From a virus (lineage: Duplodnaviria > Caudoviricetes): 64,000 bases of DNA. Positions within the stretch are counted from its first letter, which is position 1. Each line of letters starts with the position of its first letter. The stretch spans positions 12,102-76,101 of the IMG/VR virus record IMGVR_UViG_2565956960_000004; one strand, 5' to 3'. A program made the translations under genes and the position numbers. The notes under the pieces were generated by a model that did no database searches, was not told where the DNA came from, and was given only the letters and a program-made list of their open reading frames with translations. This document shows, piece by piece, positions 1 through 10,126 of the stretch.

Positions 1-417
1 GAATCTTGGTATCAGAAGGGTACAGTATGCCGCTCTTATCCAGATGATGATGAATATCATTTTTTTGGGCACAAGCAAGCTGCTTATGTAGCAGATGGTG
101 ATGCACCTAAAGATTGGACTGTAAAAAAGCGTCCATCCATACACATGCCGCGTTGGGCATCACGTATTCAGCTTGAAATTACCAACATTCGTGTTGAGCG
201 CCTGAATGATATTTCTGAGCAAGATGCAGCCGCTGAAGGCATTGAAAATATTCAAAGTAGTACAGAATTTTCAGAGTGGTATGGAACTAAATCCGGCGGC
301 AATTCTTATGCAGCTTTTAAGTATCTTTGGCTTTCAATAAATGGTCCGGATTCTTGGGCTAAGAATCCATGGGTATGGGTAGTTGAATTTAAAGTGATTA
401 AAGGCGGTGCTGTATGA
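1..417 (+). CDS. Phage protein, ASCH/PUA-like family, 5'-truncated
   Basis: Frame is open from base 1. Family motifs PSIHMPRWASRI-LEIT-VERLNDIS-DA-AEG and NPWVWVVEF. Confidence 0.75.
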   Translation, partial: ESWYQKGTVCRSYPDDDEYHFFGHKQAAYVADGDAPKDWTVKKRPSIHMPRWASRIQLEITNIRVERLNDISEQDAAAEGIENIQSSTEFSEWYGTKSGGNSYAAFKYLWLSINGPDSWAKNPWVWVVEFKVIKGGAV

Positions 418-2204
418 CTAGCTTTGTAAAATATTCAACCGCTTTCAAAACCCAATTTGATTTAAATTTCTCTGAAAAAATTATCATTGATTTTTTTGCA
501 GGTGGTGGCGGTGCCAGCACTGGCCTAGAAATTGGTTTAAATCGCAGCGTTTTTGCTGCTGTAAACCATAATCCGAAAGCCTTATCAATGCATCAGGCAA
601 ATCATCCTCATGCTAAGCACTATGTTCAGGACGTATTTGCTGTTGATCCAGTAGAAATCTGTGAAGGGTATCCAGTAGGTTGGTTCCATGCCAGTCCAGA
701 TTGCACACATCATTCGCAAGCTGCTGGTGGTCAACCACGTAAAAAAGAAATTCGTGACCTAGCTTGGGTTATTCCTAAATTTGCTGGAAAAGTAAAACCA
801 GACGTTATCACAATGGAAAACGTTAAGCAGATGCTTAATTGGGGTCCATTGATTGCTAAACGCGACAAAGCTACTGGGCGTGTTGTTACTCTCGATAGAA
901 TCGAGGTTAATGGCAAAAAACAATATCGGGTTGCAGATCCTGGTGAATATGTACCTCGCGATAACCAATTCTTGGTACCCGATCCTGAGCGAATTGGCCA
1001 AACATGGAGACAATTTGTTCACCATCTTGAGCGATTAGGCTATGTAGTTGAATGGAAGAAATTAATTGCTGCTGAATATGGCGCTCCAACGACTCGCGAA
1101 CGACTTTTTGTTATAGCTCGTTGTGACGGTAATCCAATCGTATGGCCTGAACCGACACATATTAAAAAATCAAAAGTTACCAAAGCTACTAAGAAAAAAC
1201 CGACGTGGCGCGCAGCTGCTGAAGTAATAGATTTTTCTGATCTTGGTAAATCTATCTTTAATCGTTCGAAGCCATTAGCGGACGCAACTTTAAAACGAAT
1301 CGCCCGCGGTCTAAAAAAGTTTGTAATCGATACGGATGAGCCTTATCTGGTTGATTCCGCATTACCTTTTGTTAGTCGTGACTTTGGCACATCAACCGGG
1401 CATTCAATTACTGAACCATTGGCTACAACAACATCGGCATATGGTGGTCATAGTGCATTAGTAAGCCCAATCATTGCACCTTTTTTAACAGAATTTGCAA
1501 ACGCATCACAACAAAGAAATTGGTCTGTTGCGAAACCATTAACAACAATCTGTGCGCAAGTTAAGGGTGGGCATCATGGATTAGTTGCACCTTTTTTAAT
1601 CCATGCGGGCCATGGTGAAGGAACCCCCAACAGCCCTCGGTGGAGTGATGGTTGTGACAATATTCTTAATCCACTGGGAACAATAACGGCATCCGGTGCA
1701 AGCCGCAATCTAGTTTCTGCTTACATGATGCAAGCGAATGGGGGTTTTAACGAAACAGATGGCCGTCACCTTTTAGAACCACTGTCAACGATTACTAATA
1801 CTGGTAGTCAGCAACAGCTAATTACGGCACAGCTAAGTCAAGAAAACTTAGATGGAGCTTTAAAAGTCGCGGCCTTCTTTATCAATTTCTATGGCAATGG
1901 TGACGCCCGAGATATAACTGCGCCGCTAGATACCCTAACTACAAAAGATCGACTTGCTTTAGTCACAGTTTGGATTAAGGGCGAACCATGGGTAATCGTT
2001 GATATTTGCATTCGTATGTTGAAGCCAAGAGAGCTATATAAAGGGCAAGGTTTCCCAGAGTCATACATCATCGAATATGGGCATGACGGTAAAGCTTTAA
2101 CAAAAACTGATCAAGTTCATATGTGTGGCAATAGTGTTTCACCGCTGCCGATGGCTGCAATTGCTCGAGCAAATAATCCTTTTTTATACGGTGGTGATGT
2201 ATGA
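414..2204 (+). CDS. C5-cytosine DNA methyltransferase
   Basis: Motif I DFFAGGGG, motif IV SPDC, motif VI ENV, motif VIII TTRERLF, motif X GNSV. Central PLxT(I/T) repeats. Confidence 0.92.
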   Translation: MTSFVKYSTAFKTQFDLNFSEKIIIDFFAGGGGASTGLEIGLNRSVFAAVNHNPKALSMHQANHPHAKHYVQDVFAVDPVEICEGYPVGWFHASPDCTHHSQAAGGQPRKKEIRDLAWVIPKFAGKVKPDVITMENVKQMLNWGPLIAKRDKATGRVVTLDRIEVNGKKQYRVADPGEYVPRDNQFLVPDPERIGQTWRQFVHHLERLGYVVEWKKLIAAEYGAPTTRERLFVIARCDGNPIVWPEPTHIKKSKVTKATKKKPTWRAAAEVIDFSDLGKSIFNRSKPLADATLKRIARGLKKFVIDTDEPYLVDSALPFVSRDFGTSTGHSITEPLATTTSAYGGHSALVSPIIAPFLTEFANASQQRNWSVAKPLTTICAQVKGGHHGLVAPFLIHAGHGEGTPNSPRWSDGCDNILNPLGTITASGASRNLVSAYMMQANGGFNETDGRHLLEPLSTITNTGSQQQLITAQLSQENLDGALKVAAFFINFYGNGDARDITAPLDTLTTKDRLALVTVWIKGEPWVIVDICIRMLKPRELYKGQGFPESYIIEYGHDGKALTKTDQVHMCGNSVSPLPMAAIARANNPFLYGGDV

Positions 2205-3259
2205 ATCAAATTTTATTTGGTGATTGCCGCCAGACGATGCAGCAGTTAATTGACCAAGGTACTAAGGTTCAAATGTGTGTTACATCTCCACCTTATTTTG
2301 GTTTAAGAGATTATGGCGTTAGTGGCCAACTTGGTTTAGAGGCAACTGTAGACGAATATGTCGAAAACATGGTGCAAGTGTTCAGGCTTGTACGAGAGCT
2401 ACTTCATGATGATGGCACTCTTTGGCTTAATTTAGGTGATAGTTACGCGGGTTCAGCTCGTGGGCAATATAAAAGCGGGACCAATGACCCTAAACAACCT
2501 AAAATAAAAGGTCAAATTCTGCCGAAACATAGTGCATCAAATTCAAATCTCAAACCCAAAGATTTAATTGGTATCCCTTGGCGTGTAGCGTTTGCTTTAC
2601 AAGCAGATGGTTGGTACCTACGCCAAGACATCATCTGGCATAAACCTAATCCAATGCCTGAAAGCATCACAGATCGATGCACTAAAGCGCATGAGTATAT
2701 TTTCTTGTTCAGTAAGTCACGTAAATATTATTTTGATCATTTAGCTATTAAGGAACCAGTTGCTGAAAGTTCACTTAAACGACTGGCGCAAAATATTGAT
2801 AGTCAGTCTGGTAGCGAACGAGTGCCAGGCAAAACAAACGGTCCAATGAAAGCCGTTATCTCGAGATCCTTGCGTGACAACTTTAAACGTACTGACAGCA
2901 AGAGGGCTGTTGTTCATCCGAATCAAAGCATGGGAACACATCGAGCAGAGCGAGCAGATAGTGAATACGATTTACTAACTCGAAACAAGCGCAGCGTATG
3001 GCTGATTTCTACTAAACCTTATAAAGGTGCTCACTTTGCCACTTTTCCCATTGATTTGATTGAGCCATGCATTCTTGCAGGATCTCGAGTTAATGACGTA
3101 GTTTTTGATCCGTTTATGGGATCAGGAACTACAGCTGCAGCTGCTCTTAAACATGGGCGTCAATATCTTGGATGCGAATTAAATGATCAATATGAATCTT
3201 TGCAACAAGAAAGATTAGAACAATTCAAAAAAAGGGAGACAGAAAATGCTCTCGCTTAA
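2201..3259 (+). CDS. Beta-class N4-C/N6-A DNA methyltransferase
   Basis: Catalytic TSPPY near the N-terminus and SAM-binding DPFMGSGTT near the C-terminus. Confidence 0.92.
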   Translation: MNQILFGDCRQTMQQLIDQGTKVQMCVTSPPYFGLRDYGVSGQLGLEATVDEYVENMVQVFRLVRELLHDDGTLWLNLGDSYAGSARGQYKSGTNDPKQPKIKGQILPKHSASNSNLKPKDLIGIPWRVAFALQADGWYLRQDIIWHKPNPMPESITDRCTKAHEYIFLFSKSRKYYFDHLAIKEPVAESSLKRLAQNIDSQSGSERVPGKTNGPMKAVISRSLRDNFKRTDSKRAVVHPNQSMGTHRAERADSEYDLLTRNKRSVWLISTKPYKGAHFATFPIDLIEPCILAGSRVNDVVFDPFMGSGTTAAAALKHGRQYLGCELNDQYESLQQERLEQFKKRETENALA

Positions 3260-4397
3260 TTTGATAAATGGTGACTGTTTAGTTGAACTCAAAAATATTG
3301 AATCAAATTCAATAGATAGCATTGTCACTGATCCACCTTACGGCCTGAAATTTATGGGCAAAAAATGGGACTGTGAAGTGCCAAGTATTGAAATCTGGAT
3401 AGAGTGCTTACGTGTTCTTAAACCTGGTGCTCATTTACTTGCCTTTGCCGGGACCCGAACTCATCACCGTATGGCATGCAATATTGAAGATGCGGGATTT
3501 GAAATTAGAGACATGATTGCATGGATCTACGGCTCAGGTTTTCCAAAATCACATAATCTGGATGGTGAATGGGACGGTTGGGGAACCGCTTTAAAACCCG
3601 CTCTCGAACCGATTACTTTTGCGCGGAAGCCTATAGTAGGGACCGTTGCTGAAAATGTGCAAACACATGGAACAGGTGCAATAAACATTGATGGGTGCCG
3701 CATTCCTTTAAATGGTGGGTACAAATCAAAAGCAAATGGTCGACCATCTCAGACCGGACGCCCTGATAACTATATTCCGGCGTGTGCAAACAAGCCCGAT
3801 ACAGCCGGACGTTGGCCTGCAAACCTTATTCATGATGGTAGTGATGAAGTTCTGGAAAATTTCCCAGTTACATCCAGTGGAAGTAACAACAAAATCAAAG
3901 CATCGAGCAAAACCCAAAACGGTAATACCAGTACTGCGTATGGTGCAGAAAGTCGTCCCTATGGAATGGAAATGATTTCTTATGGTGATAAAGGTTCAGC
4001 TGCTAGATTTTTCTATTGCGCCAAGGCTAGCAGAACAGATCGAAACGAGGGTGTTGATAGCTCTAATGCCCCAGTTTTAAAGATGAACTCCACGATGCGC
4101 GATTGTGAAAATGCGGACTGGTCCAAGAGGAATGGGAATTTTCACCCAACTGTCAAACCTACTGAATTAATGCGGTATCTATGCCGATTAGTCACACCTA
4201 AAGGTGGTGTTGTACTTGACCCTTTTATGGGCTCAGGGAGCACAGGTAAGGCCGCTATTTTAGAAGGCTTCACCTTCATTGGTATTGAGCAAGAACCAGA
4301 GTATTACCAGATTGCTCAAGCTCGATGTCAATTTGTAGAAAAAAGTGTTGAGACCAACACACCTGATCAACAAGATTTATTTATGGAGGCGCATTAA
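3246..4397 (+). CDS. Beta-class N6-A/N4-C DNA methyltransferase
   Basis: TDPPY, HPTVKP and DPFMGSGSTG motifs. Confidence 0.92.
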   Translation: MLSLNLINGDCLVELKNIESNSIDSIVTDPPYGLKFMGKKWDCEVPSIEIWIECLRVLKPGAHLLAFAGTRTHHRMACNIEDAGFEIRDMIAWIYGSGFPKSHNLDGEWDGWGTALKPALEPITFARKPIVGTVAENVQTHGTGAINIDGCRIPLNGGYKSKANGRPSQTGRPDNYIPACANKPDTAGRWPANLIHDGSDEVLENFPVTSSGSNNKIKASSKTQNGNTSTAYGAESRPYGMEMISYGDKGSAARFFYCAKASRTDRNEGVDSSNAPVLKMNSTMRDCENADWSKRNGNFHPTVKPTELMRYLCRLVTPKGGVVLDPFMGSGSTGKAAILEGFTFIGIEQEPEYYQIAQARCQFVEKSVETNTPDQQDLFMEAH

Positions 4398-5383
4398 TGC
4401 ATTACTACGAGAAGAAAATCGGTGATTACCATCGTAAAGCAGGTCGCCTTAATATCCTTCAACACGGTGTTTATAACTTGCTTATGGACGCATGTTATGA
4501 CCGTGAAGCATTTCCAACGGAAGAACAGGCGATAGATTGGGTCTGGGCTGAAACCGATGAAGAAATTGCTGCAGTTAAATTTATCTTGAAAAAATTCTTC
4601 AATAAAAATGAGGAAGGTGTGTATATCCAAAACCACATTCAAGAGGATTTGATTGCATATAAGGCATATATCGCAAAACAGTCAGAGAATGGTAAGAAAG
4701 GTGGTCGACCTAATGGTTCTAAAAATAAGAACAAATCAGGTGGTAACTCTGGTGATTCTCAGGAAGGGGAACAACCAACTGAACAAACCCAAGATAACCC
4801 AACTGAAAGCGAAATAAACCCACCGCTTACCCAAGATAACCCAACTGAAAGCCAACAAAAGCCTAAACCAATAACCATCAAACCATCGAACCAAGAACCA
4901 TCTAACCAAGATAGTAATTGTAATAACGCGGGCGAAGTAAATTCATCATTGCCACCGATTCAATTTGCAACCTACCAGGTACAGGACAGAGGTTTTTATT
5001 CACTTCTTGAACTAGCCAATCAGTACCCACAATTCCAAATGGATTTTTTTGATCTGGCTATCCCCAGACACGATGATATTTCATCAACTGATTTCCAAAC
5101 ATTGCTACAGGGCTATTGTGATTTCTTCGCAGCTAAAAACGAGCAAAACACTCCAAGCATTTGGTTCGTGAAATGGCTTACATGGATTCAGAACAATATC
5201 CAAGATGTGATTAAGCGTCGTGAGAAGCAGGAGAAAGCCAGTCAACCGGCAATCACTGACCAACCTGCCAAAAGCTATTTTGAGCGCATCGTTGATGAAG
5301 AACAACCTGGATCATCCGCGGGCATGGTGGATGTAACCCCTTCAAAAAAGTTGTTGGCTAATTTGGAGTATGGGCATGCATAA
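4397..5383 (+). CDS. Phage replication initiator (YdaU/DUF1376-like N-terminus)
   Basis: N-terminus MHYYEKKIGDY..L..HGVY.LLMD.Y, then NGKKGGRP. Internal direct repeats as in lambda O-type genes. Confidence 0.8.
   Translation: MHYYEKKIGDYHRKAGRLNILQHGVYNLLMDACYDREAFPTEEQAIDWVWAETDEEIAAVKFILKKFFNKNEEGVYIQNHIQEDLIAYKAYIAKQSENGKKGGRPNGSKNKNKSGGNSGDSQEGEQPTEQTQDNPTESEINPPLTQDNPTESQQKPKPITIKPSNQEPSNQDSNCNNAGEVNSSLPPIQFATYQVQDRGFYSLLELANQYPQFQMDFFDLAIPRHDDISSTDFQTLLQGYCDFFAAKNEQNTPSIWFVKWLTWIQNNIQDVIKRREKQEKASQPAITDQPAKSYFERIVDEEQPGSSAGMVDVTPSKKLLANLEYGHA
4787..4906. repeat. Iteron-like repeats, probable replication origin
   Basis: Exact 24-bp repeat ACCCAAGATAACCCAACTGAAAGC at 4787-4810 and 4829-4852 (42-bp period), followed by short AACCA-core repeats. 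Confidence 0.75.
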
Positions 5384-6125
5384 AATCACGATAACTGAAA
5401 TTCGCACCTTGATAATGGACCTACGTGTACTTTACGCAGCGCAATTTAATAAAAATTTCCCTACAACAGGTGAAATGGCAGTTCCTTTGGCGTTTGTTGA
5501 ATCAAAGGCAATGGAATGCTTATGTGATGTTTCTAAAGAGCAGTTTGAACGCGCACGTACACGATTAATGAAATCGGGCAATAAATTTATGCCTTCGTTC
5601 TCTGATTTTCGTGATTGGTGTATTGGTGAAACATGGATGTCAGCTGATGAGGCTTGGGCCAGAGCATGCAGATTCACCGCTGATAAGAGCGTACAGATCA
5701 CTCAAATTACCAAAGTTGCTTTGGATGAAGTTCAACCCTTAATCAATGATGGGTATATGAAACCGGCCCGAGAGCAATTTATTAATACCTACAATGCATT
5801 TGTGGCGAAGGCCCAGCATGTCGGTCGAACCCAAGAAATGTATGTGCCTCCAAAACAATTGGAACATAAGAAAAAGGAACATATTGCAGTATCTAATGAT
5901 GAAGCTGTACAGCACCTTAACGCATTGAAGAAGAAGCTAAATATCAATAACCGTGAGGTCCCAAAACCACAGGAACTTAAACCCAAAACTAATTTGGGAT
6001 GTCCAGCGGCAGAGGAACCATGGCCTGATCCGTTTGATCAACCTGGTGAATATTTAGAAGCTTGTGAGCGTGATGGTCTGAATGTCCCTAAAACCGTTAT
6101 TAAGCATATTGGTGGCACAGCATGA
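5376..6125 (+). CDS. Replication accessory protein (helicase loader/P-like)
   Basis: Directly downstream of the initiator. FMPSFSDFRDWC..ADEAW motif. GGAG RBS. Confidence 0.55.
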   Translation: MHKITITEIRTLIMDLRVLYAAQFNKNFPTTGEMAVPLAFVESKAMECLCDVSKEQFERARTRLMKSGNKFMPSFSDFRDWCIGETWMSADEAWARACRFTADKSVQITQITKVALDEVQPLINDGYMKPAREQFINTYNAFVAKAQHVGRTQEMYVPPKQLEHKKKEHIAVSNDEAVQHLNALKKKLNINNREVPKPQELKPKTNLGCPAAEEPWPDPFDQPGEYLEACERDGLNVPKTVIKHIGGTA

Positions 6126-6580
6126 ATCAGACAGCAGCTCTAACAAAAGAGCAAGTAGAAGCAAAAACAACGCAATTTAAGAAGGGTAATAGAGTACACG
6201 TAGATTTTGTAAGTGATTCCCGAACGGAGTTTTCAGGTACTCATATTAAAGGTGACGCCGTTGTAGATCGGCACGAAGATAGTTATGTCTATGGACAATT
6301 GGAACAAGGCATCCCATTTATGTGCCCTGAAAAATTCGTTCAGCTAACTTCGCCTGAAATTATCAAGCGACTGCGTGAAGAATTTGAGCAATGGATCAAG
6401 AGCCAAGATTTCTATTCATCAGTGCTCATTTATCAGCATGGACCAGAATTATTTATTTATGACTCTATAGACGGTTATAAAAACCTGGTGATTCGTGTTG
6501 CCTTTGAACTATGGAAGGTTTTGCACTCATGCCGTGAACAACTCCAAACTTTAAAAGTGGAGGGTGCTTGCCATGGGTAA
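6122..6580 (+). CDS. Hypothetical phage protein
   Basis: ATGA-coupled ORF in the early operon. Confidence 0.65.
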   Translation: MNQTAALTKEQVEAKTTQFKKGNRVHVDFVSDSRTEFSGTHIKGDAVVDRHEDSYVYGQLEQGIPFMCPEKFVQLTSPEIIKRLREEFEQWIKSQDFYSSVLIYQHGPELFIYDSIDGYKNLVIRVAFELWKVLHSCREQLQTLKVEGACHG

Positions 6581-7256
6581 AAGTCGCAATTTATGGGAAC
6601 AATGGTCTAAAGGTAAAGTCGATTTCTTTGCAATGAATCCTCATGCAGAAGGTAAAACGAACCGCCAAGCGCGTGTTCGCCGTGCATTAGATAAGAAGGT
6701 AATTTTACCGTGTGCTGTCACAACCCAAGAGGTAAAAGGTGATTTGATGCATCAGGGCAGCACAGGCGGCTTTGTGATTACCGGTGAAGGCTTTATTACG
6801 GTGAAATTACCCTATGGTATCAGCGCTAATGATATCTGGCGTGCCACTATCGATGAGAGCACAGGCAAACAGCGAAATAGTCTTTCTTTAGGTGCTAAGA
6901 AGTTTAAACGTCGTGTACATGAAATTTATGCGCCTATCTTCAAGGCCATGAAGTGGAAAGCAATATCACAGCAATGTGAGATTAGATTGGTTATTCAGCC
7001 ACCACGAAAAGATCGTAGTTATAGCGCAAGCACTTATCCACGCTTCGATATAGATAACTATCCAAAATTATTAATTGACTCTTTAAAAGGTGCCGAGCTG
7101 CTTTTTAAGGATGACAACATTTTTGTCAAAGAAAAAATTGAATTTGCTGAACCTATTGAAAACGGTTGTGTCTGGTTGTCATGTGTCTTTATCAGCGAAA
7201 CAAATTGGCTGGATAGAAAAGTAGACTTTGACTGGCTAGCTGGGAGAGTTGCGTAA
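6573..7256 (+). CDS. rusA: RusA-family Holliday junction resolvase
   Basis: DIDNYPKLLIDSL...DD catalytic motif. GGAGG RBS. Confidence 0.8.
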   Translation: MGKSRNLWEQWSKGKVDFFAMNPHAEGKTNRQARVRRALDKKVILPCAVTTQEVKGDLMHQGSTGGFVITGEGFITVKLPYGISANDIWRATIDESTGKQRNSLSLGAKKFKRRVHEIYAPIFKAMKWKAISQQCEIRLVIQPPRKDRSYSASTYPRFDIDNYPKLLIDSLKGAELLFKDDNIFVKEKIEFAEPIENGCVWLSCVFISETNWLDRKVDFDWLAGRVA

Positions 7257-7957
7257 TGGCTAAAAGAACAGATTTAGAAAAACGCGTAATGATTGGGCGC
7301 AAACTCGCGTTAGCAAGAGAACGTACTGGATTAAGACAGGACGAAGTAGCGATTGAGTTGTTCGGTGTTGCACAAAAGAACCGTATTTCTGAAATGGAAA
7401 ACGGCAAAACTTTACCAGATGCAGAATTATTGCAGGTGATGTGCAGCCTCTACCATTGTTCAGTTGATTGGGTATTGGGCTTTACTATTAATCCCGAGTT
7501 AAATGAGACTGAATCAGTGGCAGGGATACTTTTTAATGGTCTTGGTGATTTGCTTGCTGAGAATTTAAATGCCGTGACATCTCAAATGGCTTTGTTATGT
7601 GCAAAACACATTGCTTCTTTCCCACCAGCATTACAGGTAAGACTATTAGAACAATCAAAGGCAGTCGCCAAAAAGTTTATGAATTTGGATCGTGATCAAC
7701 AGGAAAAGCTTCAACCTGAAATGATTGAACTTATGCAAACGATCAAAGAGTGTGACAAGGACCGCGCAATTCAATTCACTAATTTAGCCAAAGGATTAGA
7801 AGATATTACTGACCGTGATGAGGATGACATACAGGAAAAATTAATTCAGGACCTGAAAAGCCAGCGTAAAACCCGCTTCACTCAAACAACACTTCTGACC
7901 GAAGATAAAATTGAAGCACAACGTGACTTTTTCTCTGGTGATGCATTGGGTACCTAA
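7256..7957 (+). CDS. XRE-family HTH regulator (candidate late regulator)
   Basis: N-terminal HTH: LARERTGLRQDEVA...ISEMENGKTLP...SVDWVLG. Confidence 0.8.
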   Translation: MAKRTDLEKRVMIGRKLALARERTGLRQDEVAIELFGVAQKNRISEMENGKTLPDAELLQVMCSLYHCSVDWVLGFTINPELNETESVAGILFNGLGDLLAENLNAVTSQMALLCAKHIASFPPALQVRLLEQSKAVAKKFMNLDRDQQEKLQPEMIELMQTIKECDKDRAIQFTNLAKGLEDITDRDEDDIQEKLIQDLKSQRKTRFTQTTLLTEDKIEAQRDFFSGDALGT

Positions 7958-7959
7958 AT

Positions 7960-8814
7960 ATGGCAGTTCAATCATATTCACAGGAAATATGGGATCGACT
8001 CAAAGCGGTTTATGAGTCGTCCCCAAAGATCACATGGCAAAAATTAGTTGATCAGGTAGGTGAGGAGCTAGGCTGTGATATGCCTTCTCCTTCCGTTGTG
8101 CGCCGTAAAGCAATCGCTGAGAAATGGAAAAAGTGCACGAAAAATCTAGTCAAAAAATCTGCCCGTGAACTGAATCAAGAAATTAAAAAATTGACTAGCA
8201 AAAAGACTAGTCAAGATGATTCACAAACTTCTGATAATGAAGGAGATAGTACTAGTCAAAATAATGTCAGAAAGCCGTCAAATATTGCTGAAGTATGGGG
8301 TCAAAAATCAAAGTCAGAAAATGATTTTAGTAAGGCTGATTTTAACCGATTAACTTCAGCTCAAATTATTAAGGAAAACCGCTATAGGTTGGCTAATTTG
8401 GGCGAACTTGCTGGCGATACAATTACAAGCGTTATTCATATCCGAGATGAAGTCTTAAAACTAGATGTAAGTAATCTAGATCCTGAAGATAAAGAGGCTA
8501 TTAACATCATCAATGGCTTGAAATTCAAAATGGGCCTGATCAGCCAGATTGTGGACCTGAATGTAAAGCAAAGTATCACCTTAGCCAACATTGCCAAATC
8601 CGAAGCCTTGTTTTGGGGCTTTGAATTGGAAGAACTCAAAGATCAGTCGGAAGTACAGTCTAAACGTTCGGCTGTAATCGCTGATGCTGAGGAAAAACTA
8701 AGACTTGCCAAAGAGAAAATGGCCGCAGATAAAAAAGCTGCCTTTGCTCGTAAGGTGGCAATGATCGAGGCCGGTGATCCTGAACAAGATGAAGAACAAG
8801 AGGCGATAGCATGA
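7960..8814 (+). CDS. HTH plus coiled-coil protein, terminase small subunit-like
   Basis: N-terminal W..L...YE.....RRKA..EKW pattern resembles TerS HTH domains. Confidence 0.5.
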   Translation: MAVQSYSQEIWDRLKAVYESSPKITWQKLVDQVGEELGCDMPSPSVVRRKAIAEKWKKCTKNLVKKSARELNQEIKKLTSKKTSQDDSQTSDNEGDSTSQNNVRKPSNIAEVWGQKSKSENDFSKADFNRLTSAQIIKENRYRLANLGELAGDTITSVIHIRDEVLKLDVSNLDPEDKEAINIINGLKFKMGLISQIVDLNVKQSITLANIAKSEALFWGFELEELKDQSEVQSKRSAVIADAEEKLRLAKEKMAADKKAAFARKVAMIEAGDPEQDEEQEAIA

Positions 8815-9281
8815 CCCAAGCAAAATTAACTCATCGTGAATTATGTGAAGTAGGTTCTTCAATCGTTATGTGGAGCAATGAAATGTTAGAAAAATTTATT
8901 AAGTATTGCCAAGCAAAGAATGAAAATTGCAGTGAGAACTATCTCACCCACGTTTTTAATAATTCCCAAGATTTGAACATTGTTCAATTTTTGAATGAAG
9001 AAGTTAAGTTGAAGACTTCAGCACTAAAGGAGAGAAATAGCGAAATTGAAAAACTGGAATTAAAAATCAGTGAGGATTCCAGAATCTTGCATAACGTTAT
9101 TGATATTGAGCGTAAGAAGAATGATGCCCTACAAAAGCGGGTAGATGATTCAATCTTTATTTTAAGCACGATTGATACACCTGATGAGGCATACAAATTA
9201 ATAGATTCACTATTAAGAACCTTAAAAGGGACCACAAATGAGTTAGAACAAGTGTTTAATAAAGAGGTTTCCCATGGCTAA
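8811..9281 (+). CDS. Hypothetical coiled-coil protein
   Basis: Coupled ORF. Confidence 0.6.
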   Translation: MTQAKLTHRELCEVGSSIVMWSNEMLEKFIKYCQAKNENCSENYLTHVFNNSQDLNIVQFLNEEVKLKTSALKERNSEIEKLELKISEDSRILHNVIDIERKKNDALQKRVDDSIFILSTIDTPDEAYKLIDSLLRTLKGTTNELEQVFNKEVSHG

Positions 9282-9432
9282 TGTTGTTTATGAATATGAA
9301 GGTAGATTTAGCTGGTTTGTAGAGGAAGAACCGTTGGGCGGCTTTGCTCTATTTATGAATTACAACTTCCAATACGAATTTACCAACCTTGACGCTGCAA
9401 AGAATTGGATAGATGAGTGTGAGTCAGAATGA
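9274..9432 (+). CDS. Small acidic protein (52 aa, not in ORF track)
   Basis: GAGG RBS. MANVVYEYEGRFSWFVEEE...DECESE*. Overlaps both neighbours. Confidence 0.65.
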   Translation: MANVVYEYEGRFSWFVEEEPLGGFALFMNYNFQYEFTNLDAAKNWIDECESE

Positions 9433-9590
9433 GTGTTATAGCCGTTTGTGATTGGTGCAAAAGACCAGATACATGTGATTTTGTAGCTGGCCTTTGCTTA
9501 TGTTATCCATGCCAAGATTCACATGAAGATATATTTGGCGACGACATTAATGATGAAGATTATTATGGTGACGATGATGAGCCAATCTAA
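9429..9590 (+). CDS. Small Zn-finger protein with acidic tail (53 aa, not in ORF track)
   Basis: ATGA coupling. MSVIAVCDWC...CYPCQDSHEDIFGDDINDEDYYGDDDEPI*. Confidence 0.65.
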   Translation: MSVIAVCDWCKRPDTCDFVAGLCLCYPCQDSHEDIFGDDINDEDYYGDDDEPI

Positions 9591-9969
9591 GAACCAATTT
9601 AATGTAGGTGATAAGGTCCTTTATCTAGGCTTATGGGGCACTGATTTTAATAAGGTCGATGAGGTAGTAGGCATTGTTTGGGATGAACTACTCCAGCGAA
9701 ATAAATATCTAATTAACGAGTCAGAATCAGGTGAGGTACTAACGCAATACGGCGATAACTACAGACTGGCGGAGCCAGATGAAATCGCCGTGGGACATCG
9801 ACTACGATCAAACAACGGGCAGAATATTTGTGCATTCTCTACTTTAGAGAGTATGAAATCAGAACCGTTGCTACAATATCTCGATAGATGTGAGCAAGTA
9901 GTCAAACGCTGGCCTAAGTGGAAGGTTGAAAGTATGAGAGATGCTTTAGGAATAGTTAAAAATAGTTGA
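9577..9969 (+). CDS. Hypothetical phage protein
   Basis: FNVGDKV motif. Last gene of the early operon. Confidence 0.65.
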   Translation: MSQSKNQFNVGDKVLYLGLWGTDFNKVDEVVGIVWDELLQRNKYLINESESGEVLTQYGDNYRLAEPDEIAVGHRLRSNNGQNICAFSTLESMKSEPLLQYLDRCEQVVKRWPKWKVESMRDALGIVKNS

Positions 9970-10021
9970 TTATATTTTTCCATATTAAAGATAATGATTA
10001 TTTAAAGAATATGACGTTATT

Positions 10022-10048
10022 AAAAAATACTCTTTGAGAGTGTTTTTT
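10022..10048 (+). terminator. Probable intrinsic terminator
   Basis: AAAAAATACTCT-TTG-AGAGTGTTTTT stem with T-tract. Confidence 0.5.
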
Positions 10049-10126
10049 ATTTTATTCAGAAAGAAGATTGCATAAAAAATAACTTAAAGGTAAATTAAAT
10101 CTTTTAAATTTGTTAAGGGGTAATTT

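Noticed and set aside
4787-4906. CRISPR-like array
   Set aside because: Only two long repeats with an 18-bp gap, inside the initiator ORF. Better explained as iterons.
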